IMG/VR virus record: IMGVR_UViG_3300045988_009884
DNA length: 43,487 bases
Source: a virus
Direction: 5' to 3' (one strand)
A program made the position numbers and the translations under genes. Positions 35,266 to 41,991 of the stretch are shown here, piece after piece; the first letter of the stretch is position 1, and the number at the start of each line of letters is the position of its first letter. The notes beneath the pieces were generated by a model. The model searched no databases. It was given only the letters and a program-made list of their open reading frames with translations, and was not told the origin of the DNA.

Positions 35266-35796
35266 ATGAAGGAATACGACAAGATGCCAGCGCAAGCGGT
35301 GGTCGAGGTAATGACCAGCTGGGGAAGAACCTGCCTGCGAGAGATTGGGCGAGACCTTAAGGAAGGCACGGTGCTCGATGGCTATTATTACCCAGTAAGC
35401 AAGGCTTTCGACTTTTACTGGAAGGGAGAGGGCGCAATGCTGTGGATTGGAGACAACGGAAGGCTTGTCAGTCTTGGAGAAGGGCAGAAGCATAAATACA
35501 TGATGCTTGGTCGTATGCTATCCGATTGCAAGTACTTCCTTCGCTATCCATACTGGCGACACCTCTATTTCCCGAGCATCGCCCGGCATTGCAAGGAAAT
35601 GCGCCAGTTATGGCTGGAGTTGAATATTAAGCCGGAGTGGTTATCGTACAAGCAGATTGGCAGGCTCGAACATAAGATGAACAGAATGAAAACCAAGTTG
35701 GATAGACAACTGAAGATAGACCATTTAAAAGAGACAGAAGACAATGACAGAACAAGAGTACAGAGAAGCCCTGCACGAAATCAACGTGAAGGCTGA
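35266..35796 (+). CDS. Hypothetical 176-aa protein
   Basis: Track ORF. The C-terminal half is MLGRMLSDCKYFLRYPYW...LWLELNIKPEWLSYKQI. No family confidently recognised. Confidence 0.55.
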   Translation: MKEYDKMPAQAVVEVMTSWGRTCLREIGRDLKEGTVLDGYYYPVSKAFDFYWKGEGAMLWIGDNGRLVSLGEGQKHKYMMLGRMLSDCKYFLRYPYWRHLYFPSIARHCKEMRQLWLELNIKPEWLSYKQIGRLEHKMNRMKTKLDRQLKIDHLKETEDNDRTRVQRSPARNQREG

Positions 35797-36076
35797 GAAC
35801 GAAAGAAGAATACTGGCAAGAGCATTTGCTACTGAGCACAGCTCAGTTTTGGTAGGAGATTATATCAGCGACCACTGCGACACGATAAGGGTTGAAAGCT
35901 GGGAGATTTCGAAGAGAACCCACGAATACAACTCCTTGCCTTGCCTGGTATATCGCGGTATGACCTGCAAGAAGGATGGCACGCCACGAAAGAACCCGAA
36001 GAGGTGTAGCATCTATCAGTGCAACCTCTTGCGAGTAAATGGAGAACCAGTAAAGAATCACGGATATGGAGAATAA
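35744..36076 (+). CDS. Hypothetical 110-aa protein
   Basis: Track ORF. Overlaps the upstream gene by 53 nt, so the start is uncertain. Confidence 0.45.
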   Translation: MTEQEYREALHEINVKAENERRILARAFATEHSSVLVGDYISDHCDTIRVESWEISKRTHEYNSLPCLVYRGMTCKKDGTPRKNPKRCSIYQCNLLRVNGEPVKNHGYGE

Positions 36077-36233
36077 TAGAAGAAACATCAAGAGAACGAA
36101 GAAGGGTGCTGGTGTAACGGTCAAGCTAGTTGGCATACAGATAGACAACGACCTACTTCCGTATCTAAAAGAGCAATCGAACAGATCACGATTTATAAAT
36201 AATTTGCTTCGAGAGCATTTTTTAGGTAAATAG
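36066..36233 (+). CDS. Ribbon-helix-helix-like small DNA-binding protein (55 aa)
   Basis: Hand-translated as MENNRRNIKRTKKGAGVTVKLVGIQIDNDLLPYLKEQSNRSRFINNLLREHFLGK. This is a beta-strand then two-helix CopG/Arc-like pattern. Confidence 0.4.
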   Translation: MENNRRNIKRTKKGAGVTVKLVGIQIDNDLLPYLKEQSNRSRFINNLLREHFLGK

Positions 36234-36257
36234 TTTTGTGGTTTTGAATAAAAATCG

Positions 36258-36265
36258 TACCTTTG
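36258..36265 (+). promoter_or_regulatory. Bacteroidota promoter: -7 TACCTTTG with a TTTG -33 element 19 nt upstream (36235..36238)
   Basis: Both consensus elements occur with correct spacing. No protein-coding ORF follows before the terminator. Confidence 0.5.
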
Positions 36266-36270
36266 CATCG

Positions 36271-36346
36271 CTGAATGATTAAGGGTTTACGGTTTGCCCT
36301 TTTTGACCGGGTAGCATTGACTTTTTTTGCTACCCGGTTTTCTTTT
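36271..36346 (+). ncRNA. Candidate ~76-nt small RNA (5' seed CUGAAUGAUUAA, two hairpins, U-tail)
   Basis: Promoter motif directly upstream and a strong terminator at the 3' end. The 5' 12-mer is the exact reverse complement of 39541..39552 and 41472..41483. Confidence 0.35.
36306..36346 (+). terminator. Rho-independent terminator (11-bp perfect stem ACCGGGTAGCA/TGCTACCCGGT plus T-rich tail)
   Basis: Read directly. Lies between the convergent + strand operon and int. Confidence 0.75.
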
Positions 36347-36446
36347 GCCTATTTTTAGCCGCTCAGACGTGTTCTTATTGCATACATATAACTTGTACCA
36401 ATACACAATTTGAACCGCTCAGACGCGAAATGTGCGAAAAATAACA

Positions 36447-37613
36447 CTATTCTTTGCCATACAGGACGTAATCAATAACCTTGCGGTTGGCTTCATCTAC
36501 TCTCGATAGGTCCGCATTGATGTAAGTGCCAGTTACCCGAACCCCGAAGGAATGGCCGAGGGCAAGGGATATCGTATCTTTCGGTATGCCTAACTTGAAG
36601 GCCAGGGTTGCCCATGTGTGCCGGGCGTAGTAAGTTGTCAGCCCTGCCCGAATCCTCTTTAGGAATATATTAGTAACCATCCCAAACGAGCTGGCGTTGG
36701 CGTAGTGCTCGCAGAAAGAAAACAATCTATCCTTGCCGGGGTACTTATTTATAATTTCTGTTACTTCCGGCTGGATAAGAATAGAATATTGTTTGCCTGT
36801 TTTCAGTCTCTTGTACTCCATCCTTCCGTCCACGATATTATCTCTCGTAAGATTGTAGAGGTCGTGAACATTAATACCGATGAGCATGAACATTACCTTG
36901 AAGGCATCCAGCAGCTTTCTGTCTTTTTCCTTGATGTTTGCCGAAAAGACTTCCCTCAGTTCTTCGACCTTCAAGTCTCTCTTTTTCGTTGGCTCAATCG
37001 ACAGATCAAGACGTCTGAACGGGTAGTTGGTTGTCAGCTCATTGTCAATTGCGTAGTTGAATACTGCCGCAATGTGCCGTATACGTACGGTACGTGTGTT
37101 ATGGCAGTTTCCGATATTGAGAAGAAATAAATTGTACCTTTCGAGCCAGTCGCGGCTTACATCGTCAAGCAACAGCGTCTCCGAGGTCTTGTCGAACTGG
37201 GCGATGGTGTTCCATGTGACCGAATAGTTCTTTTTTGTCTTGTTTCCCATTTCCCTTGATGTGTACCGGACGAACATATCTTTCAAGGTGGCAGACTTCT
37301 TTCCGGCTGCTTCCCGTATGATGTTATCCCGAAGTTGCCGGGCAGAGATATCTCCACGATAATCTTCTGACATCTGCAGGCGCATCAGAATCCTATTATA
37401 ATAATCATACCTATCTCGCAGGTAATCGTTGAGGAAGTCACGGTCTGGGCGTTTCTTGATGCGGCATTGCCTTTTATCCCATTCATCTTTCTTGACTGAC
37501 TGACCGAGCGAAATAAAGGCAGTCTCCCCATGGTTGTTGACCGCAAGCCGGATGGAGAACGTACCATCAGCCTTCGCCCTTCTGGTATCTAGATATAACT
37601 TAATCGTTGCCAT
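36447..37613 (-). CDS. int: Tyrosine recombinase / phage integrase (Bacteroides type with N-terminal arm-binding domain)
   Basis: N-terminal MATIKLYLDTRRAKADGTFSIRLAV, C-terminal ARHTWATLA...LGHS...TGTYI (R-H-R-Y catalytic set). Confidence 0.9.
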   Translation of the reverse strand: MATIKLYLDTRRAKADGTFSIRLAVNNHGETAFISLGQSVKKDEWDKRQCRIKKRPDRDFLNDYLRDRYDYYNRILMRLQMSEDYRGDISARQLRDNIIREAAGKKSATLKDMFVRYTSREMGNKTKKNYSVTWNTIAQFDKTSETLLLDDVSRDWLERYNLFLLNIGNCHNTRTVRIRHIAAVFNYAIDNELTTNYPFRRLDLSIEPTKKRDLKVEELREVFSANIKEKDRKLLDAFKVMFMLIGINVHDLYNLTRDNIVDGRMEYKRLKTGKQYSILIQPEVTEIINKYPGKDRLFSFCEHYANASSFGMVTNIFLKRIRAGLTTYYARHTWATLAFKLGIPKDTISLALGHSFGVRVTGTYINADLSRVDEANRKVIDYVLYGKE

Positions 37614-37620
37614 TTTCTTT

Positions 37621-37643
37621 CATGCAGTTTATTTGCAGTTTAT
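37621..37643. repeat. 23-bp unit with two TGCAGTTT boxes 11 bp apart (copy A), 8 nt upstream of the int start codon
   Basis: CATGCAGTTTATTTGCAGTTTAT. 19/23 identical to 37831..37853. Confidence 0.7.
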
Positions 37644-37809
37644 ATGCAGCCGAACTCATCATCATGCAGCATAATGGTGCAATCCTATCAGCTCGGCTTG
37701 CAGATGCTAATTAGCAATCTCCCAGCGAATGCCGGGGAAATTGACCGAATTCTATATAATTTTATCTAAAAATCTATATGAATCGAATTATATGCTGATT
37801 ATTAGATGA

Positions 37810-38160
37810 TTATATAACAGCCTTCTTTTTCGTGCAGTTTCCTTGCAGTTTTTGAACGATTTCCGCATCGAATCCTGTTGAATAGAAACTGCCTTCTCCG
37901 AGAAGGAGCCAGAAGGGGTTGACCTTGTAATCTCTGACGAGATAGGCGAGGAGTGCTGGCCGGAACTGGCCGCATGCTTCCGGGTTACTCTTCATTGTAA
38001 CCAAGTTCGGGCGGTTCACGTTGTATCTGGTCGTGAAGGTCTTCAATCCTCTTATTACCTTATCAGCAGCAAGACGGTCTATCGCTGCGAAGAACCTATT
38101 GACTATTGTCACGGTCATTTCGTTTTTCTCTACTTCCATAATTCTGTTTTTGATAGGCAC
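37810..38160 (-). CDS. HTH DNA-binding protein, phage CI-repressor-HTH-like (start uncertain)
   Basis: The ...YKVNPFWLLLGEG ending of the HTH domain is typical of CI/XRE-type regulators. Alternative in-frame starts are at 38139 and 38118. Confidence 0.5.
   Translation of the reverse strand: MPIKNRIMEVEKNEMTVTIVNRFFAAIDRLAADKVIRGLKTFTTRYNVNRPNLVTMKSNPEACGQFRPALLAYLVRDYKVNPFWLLLGEGSFYSTGFDAEIVQKLQGNCTKKKAVI
37831..37853. repeat. 23-bp unit with two TGCAGTTT boxes 11 bp apart (copy B)
   Basis: CGTGCAGTTTCCTTGCAGTTTTT. Lies in the 3' end of CDS 37810..38160. Confidence 0.7.
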
Positions 38161-38335
38161 GATTGAAGACTTGCTCCATGCGTGCCCGGTGATTATTCAA
38201 TCTACTCTCCCAGTCTTGTAGCGTGCCCAGGGAAGGGTGGTGCTTCATGAGCTCGGTAATCTCTCCTTCCGTCAAGACTGGAAGATACTTCTCATATCTG
38301 GCGAGAACATCAATACGAAAATCTGTAAGCGTCAT
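38096..38335 (-). CDS. Hypothetical 79-aa protein
   Basis: Track ORF in the minus-strand lysogeny operon. Overlaps both neighbours. Confidence 0.4.
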   Translation of the reverse strand: MTLTDFRIDVLARYEKYLPVLTEGEITELMKHHPSLGTLQDWESRLNNHRARMEQVFNRAYQKQNYGSREKRNDRDNSQ

Positions 38336-38744
38336 CTATACTATCGTTTCTAGCGTTCTTTTCGTGTTGAGTGTATGCCTTTATGCCAAGAGCGCGAAGA
38401 GTTTTCGCTGCCGTTGCCTTGCTTATCGAGAACGTTCTGTTGACCCAGAACGCAGTTTTGCTTCTGAAAGAAAGGACGTCTTTCGCAGGATTCGTCAACT
38501 GGAACGATTCACCTTTCTTCAATTCTGTATTGAGAATCTTCTGCATGTTCTCGATAAGTGAGTTCCTTCCGATGAACGATAAGGAATTATGGTAAGCCGT
38601 GAGCGTGACATAATAGGTAGTATCTTTGCCTTGTACGTCATACCCCAGCTTCGAGAAGAGCATGGTCTTGATATTCTTGCTCTGAGCCTGCACGCCCATG
38701 CACATGAGCGCAAGCGCAAATAATATTATTATCTTCTTCATCAT
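38310..38744 (-). CDS. Secreted/periplasmic protein with a cleavable signal peptide
   Basis: MMKKIIILFALALMCMGVQAQS is a signal peptide. The start was moved to the internal Met of the track ORF 38310..38792. Confidence 0.55.
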   Translation of the reverse strand: MMKKIIILFALALMCMGVQAQSKNIKTMLFSKLGYDVQGKDTTYYVTLTAYHNSLSFIGRNSLIENMQKILNTELKKGESFQLTNPAKDVLSFRSKTAFWVNRTFSISKATAAKTLRALGIKAYTQHEKNARNDSIDDAYRFSY

Positions 38745-38760
38745 ACCAATATTATTGATA

Positions 38761-39135
38761 TTACTTACTAACGAGAGCGAGCAGAGCATCAATCTGTTTC
38801 TGCTGCGCTTCTATCTGTTTCTGCTGGAACTGGTTCTGTTGGCGCAAGACTTCATTCTCCCGGATCAATGCTTCTCCGTCAGCTGTGATGGTCTGCCTAA
38901 CGTTGGAACTATTCGATCCGTTGACATTTGAGCCTGCAACAGCAGTTTCGATACTTGCTGGAAGTGGAGAGTAAGCATCTACGATAGATTTCACTCTCTG
39001 AATAAAATCCGCTCTAAGGGTCTTCCTTGATAACCTTGCTTGGATATTCTGAGGGGTCGTGCCCATCTGCTTGGCGATATCGGTCATTGTCAGACCCGAT
39101 TTCTTTATGTATGCCTTTAAATCTTCTCCTGTCAT
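38761..39135 (-). CDS. CI-like repressor: XRE-type HTH plus Gln-rich coiled-coil C-terminus
   Basis: MTGEDLKAYIKKSGLTMTDIAKQMGTTPQNIQARLSRK is the HTH. The C-terminal RQQNQFQQKQIEAQQKQIDALL is coiled coil. The gene is divergent from the Cro-like gene. Confidence 0.65.
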   Translation of the reverse strand: MTGEDLKAYIKKSGLTMTDIAKQMGTTPQNIQARLSRKTLRADFIQRVKSIVDAYSPLPASIETAVAGSNVNGSNSSNVRQTITADGEALIRENEVLRQQNQFQQKQIEAQQKQIDALLALVSK

Positions 39136-39194
39136 AATTGTAAATGTATTTAAAATTAATTTAAACAGAATTAAAATACAATTGAAAAACAACT

Positions 39195-39266
39195 GAATTT
39201 CAAATTTTCTTCTTATCTTTGCAAACGAATTTCAAACAGAGTTTCAAAACTCTTTTGCAAAGATAA
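39195..39266. promoter_or_regulatory. Lysis/lysogeny switch: 13-bp perfect inverted repeat, each arm carrying TATCTTTG (face-to-face promoters), plus three GA[AG]TTTCAAA boxes
   Basis: TTATCTTTGCAAA at 39213..39225 and its exact reverse complement at 39254..39266. Boxes at 39195, 39227 and 39239. Confidence 0.6.
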
Positions 39267-39293
39267 ACAAAATAATTGAAAATACAAATAAAA

Positions 39294-39530
39294 ATGGGAG
39301 AAAATTTCAACTATGATTTTCGAACCCTGTTGCAGAAGCAACAGGACGAAAGAAGAAAGAACATCTTGGCAATGTTCGAAGACTTCCGAAAGAAGGCAAA
39401 TTCGGATGTATCGGACAGCCGGATCATGGCGGTGATTGCACAGCATGTAGGTTGCACTCCGCAGAACATCAGAGCAATACTTGTCAAGGCTGGCGTCATT
39501 GTATCGAAGCGCAAGAAGATTGCTCATTAA
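39294..39530 (+). CDS. Cro-like small HTH protein
   Basis: 78 aa. RIMAVIAQHVGCTPQNIRAILVKAG is the HTH. First gene of the rightward operon. Confidence 0.5.
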   Translation: MGENFNYDFRTLLQKQQDERRKNILAMFEDFRKKANSDVSDSRIMAVIAQHVGCTPQNIRAILVKAGVIVSKRKKIAH

Positions 39531-39555
39531 TTATTCATCTTTAATCATTCAGCAC

Positions 39556-39648
39556 ATGAAAAAGTTTATTAAGCTGGTAACGAATGACAGTTTCATTGCT
39601 ACCATGTATGTATTAATGCTAGTCGGACTTTTATATATGAAAGGGTAA
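39556..39648 (+). CDS. 30-aa hydrophobic peptide (single TM helix)
   Basis: Hand-translated as MKKFIKLVTNDSFIATMYVLMLVGLLYMKG. Ends 3 nt before the next ATG. Start codon is 4 nt after the 12-mer 39541..39552. Confidence 0.35.
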   Translation: MKKFIKLVTNDSFIATMYVLMLVGLLYMKG

Positions 39649-39651
39649 GCT

Positions 39652-39849
39652 ATGAGTACAACAGAACCGAAGGTATCAGACAAAGGGCGATACACCATGA
39701 CAGAGACATGCAAGGCTCTGGGTGTTCATCGCAACACGTTGAGACGCTGGCTCGAAGCTGGCAAAATCAAGTACAAGTTCAGACGCATCGACAACCGCAA
39801 GGTTATTGAAGGTTCGGAAATCAAGAGAGCGTGGAGGGTTGCCCTATGA
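39652..39849 (+). CDS. Excisionase/AlpA-like (MerR-superfamily HTH_17) DNA-binding protein
   Basis: YTMTETCKALGVHRNTLRRWLEAGKIKY is the typical Xis/AlpA HTH. Confidence 0.6.
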   Translation: MSTTEPKVSDKGRYTMTETCKALGVHRNTLRRWLEAGKIKYKFRRIDNRKVIEGSEIKRAWRVAL

Positions 39850-40139
39850 GTAAGTTATCAATCAATATGCGCAGGATGATTGTGAAGTACACAGACATCT
39901 GCTGGCTTATCACTAGCTGGAAGGCGAACCGCAAGACCCGAAAGCGTTGCGAACTAAACAACAAGTGCTACATCGAGGCAGAGCGAAGAATCCAGTACAG
40001 AGAGTTTAAGGGCAACCTTTACGTGGCACTCGATAATATACCGCTCATACATCTGAACGGAATAGATAACGACATATTGAAACAGTGCCGTGAGACATTC
40101 CAAAGTTACATATTCAATCAGCGAGGAGGAAACGAATGA
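39846..40139 (+). CDS. Hypothetical protein
   Basis: ATG 39846 overlaps the upstream stop (ATGA). Confidence 0.5.
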   Translation: MSKLSINMRRMIVKYTDICWLITSWKANRKTRKRCELNNKCYIEAERRIQYREFKGNLYVALDNIPLIHLNGIDNDILKQCRETFQSYIFNQRGGNE

Positions 40140-40480
40140 AAATTATCGAACAATGTAAGAAGGCAATGTATGACGCCATCTGGCTGGAGATTGACCGGAA
40201 TCCGAAACGTCCGGAATCTGCAAGGGTAGACATCAAGACGAAGGCTGGTAATATCTGCGTGTGGTGCCATCCGGACTGCAACGTGGCAGTTGTCACCCAT
40301 CATATCGGCAACAATGACAGCGTGAGGTTGGAAGAAGCAATCGAGGAGTGCGTCGACTATCAGGACGTATACGATGATTACATCAAGGAGTGTCCTTCAT
40401 CGGTCGAACAGGAAGACTTGGCAGATAGATATAATGAACAGAGACTTGACCAGCTCATGGCAGAGTTGGCCGGGGAATAA
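40136..40480 (+). CDS. Hypothetical acidic protein
   Basis: 114-aa ORF, ATGA-coupled. Confidence 0.55.
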   Translation: MKIIEQCKKAMYDAIWLEIDRNPKRPESARVDIKTKAGNICVWCHPDCNVAVVTHHIGNNDSVRLEEAIEECVDYQDVYDDYIKECPSSVEQEDLADRYNEQRLDQLMAELAGE

Positions 40481-40503
40481 CAATAACTTAACATAAAGAA
40501 ATT

Positions 40504-41370
40504 ATGGACAATAACGAAATTATCAATGTAAGCGGTGGCGAGATGCTGGAAGCTATCAACCGCAGTGAAATCGATGTTCAGATTGCAACGGCTCAGAGAT
40601 ACCCGCGCGACATTGAACAGTGTAAGAATAACATGATTGCACTTGCGTCAATCGATGAAGATGTAGCGTACAATTGTTTTTATCATCTTGAGAGAACAGA
40701 CAAGAATGGAGAGAAGGCAATTATTGAAGGACCGAGTGTCCGATTTACCGAGATTATCTCTGCGTGCTGGAAGAACTTGCGTATCGCTGGCCGCATCATT
40801 GGCAATGATGGCAAGACTATTACAGCGCAGGGTGTGTGTCACGATCTGGAATCAAACGTCGCCTATTCGGTAGAGGTCAAGCGCAACATCACTAATAAAT
40901 ACGGCAAGACATTTTCACAGGACATGCAGGTGGTGGTTGGAAATGCTGCCGTATCAATTGCCCTTCGCAATGCTATCTGCAAGGTGATTCCGCAAGTGCT
41001 CATCAAGAACGTTGTCAAGAGCGTGCAGAACAAGGCACTTGAACACATCAACAAGGTTGGCGTGAAGGAGAGTTGGAGACAATGGCTTGCGTTCATGCAG
41101 AAGACCTACAATCTGGCCGAGAGTGACATTCTTGCTTATATCGGCAGAACATCATCTGATAATGTGACCGCAGAGGACGTACAGAAGATTGCTGGTGCTT
41201 ACAACGCAATCGCTGAAGGTACGACAACAGTTGAAGAAACCTTCCATAAACCGAAGGAACAGAAACAGATTGCCCAACAGGCACAGGCTGCAGCCGATGA
41301 TGCCAAGAACAAGGCTCAGCAGGCAATGCAGCGTAGCCAGGGAAACAAGGGCACAGCAGCAAAGAAATAG
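40504..41370 (+). CDS. Single-strand annealing protein, RecT/Red-beta-superfamily-like (putative)
   Basis: GNAAVSIALRNAICKVIP resembles the conserved RecT helix (KKTAIRRLFKYLP). Partnered with a YqaJ-like exonuclease downstream. Has a Gln/Ala-rich tail. Confidence 0.5.
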   Translation: MDNNEIINVSGGEMLEAINRSEIDVQIATAQRYPRDIEQCKNNMIALASIDEDVAYNCFYHLERTDKNGEKAIIEGPSVRFTEIISACWKNLRIAGRIIGNDGKTITAQGVCHDLESNVAYSVEVKRNITNKYGKTFSQDMQVVVGNAAVSIALRNAICKVIPQVLIKNVVKSVQNKALEHINKVGVKESWRQWLAFMQKTYNLAESDILAYIGRTSSDNVTAEDVQKIAGAYNAIAEGTTTVEETFHKPKEQKQIAQQAQAAADDAKNKAQQAMQRSQGNKGTAAKK

Positions 41371-41487
41371 TTTTCATTTTATAAAGTTATAACGTTTGCC
41401 CGAATCGCCACTGGGCAACCTATGGGGTGGGCTTCCATCAATAAAGCTAGGAAGGGAACCAGTGGCAACTTTTAATCATTCAGTAAT

Positions 41488-41652
41488 ATGACAGTAAAAC
41501 AATTAAGAGAAGCGATGAAAGGTCTCAAAGGAGACGTTTACGTAGAGGTTGTTATGCCAGCAAGCAAGGCTGGTTCAACATGGCACATGCCAGCAGAATC
41601 CGCATCAAAGAAGGATGGAAGATTCCAGCTCAGAATCAACAATCCGATGTAG
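41488..41652 (+). CDS. Hypothetical 54-aa protein
   Basis: Hand-translated as MTVKQLREAMKGLKGDVYVEVVMPASKAGSTWHMPAESASKKDGRFQLRINNPM. Start codon is 5 nt after the 12-mer 41472..41483. Confidence 0.4.
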   Translation: MTVKQLREAMKGLKGDVYVEVVMPASKAGSTWHMPAESASKKDGRFQLRINNPM

Positions 41653-41673
41653 AACTTTTAAAGCGTGAAAATT

Positions 41674-41991
41674 ATGGCAGAAAAAGAAAACAATCAGAGA
41701 CACGAGAGCACTATCGATAAGTACTTTAGTAGAACCGCAGATGCTTACAAGGCGTGGGTCGAGGAAGACGAGAAAGAAAGAAACTATCTACAGATTGCAG
41801 CTGAGACGACTGGAGACATGGACGAAGCCGGAAACCAAGGGTTCGATTTTCATATTGCATATTCCGGTACAGTCAATCTCCTCGCAAGCGGAATTGCACA
41901 AACAATGGAAAAGGATGGATTCCTTCGCCAGCTTATTTTTGAAGCAGCAAGCAAGTACTTTTACACAAACGATAAAAATAAAAAACAATGA
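41674..41991 (+). CDS. Hypothetical protein
   Basis: ATG 41674 is in frame with the track ORF 41665..41991. ATGA-coupled to the exonuclease. Confidence 0.55.
   Translation: MAEKENNQRHESTIDKYFSRTADAYKAWVEEDEKERNYLQIAAETTGDMDEAGNQGFDFHIAYSGTVNLLASGIAQTMEKDGFLRQLIFEAASKYFYTNDKNKKQ

Noticed and set aside
36276-36308. 10-codon micro-ORF (MIKGLRFALF) inside the candidate sRNA
   Set aside because: It is too short and has no supporting signal. It is kept only as a caveat that the transcript could be a leader peptide rather than a pure sRNA.
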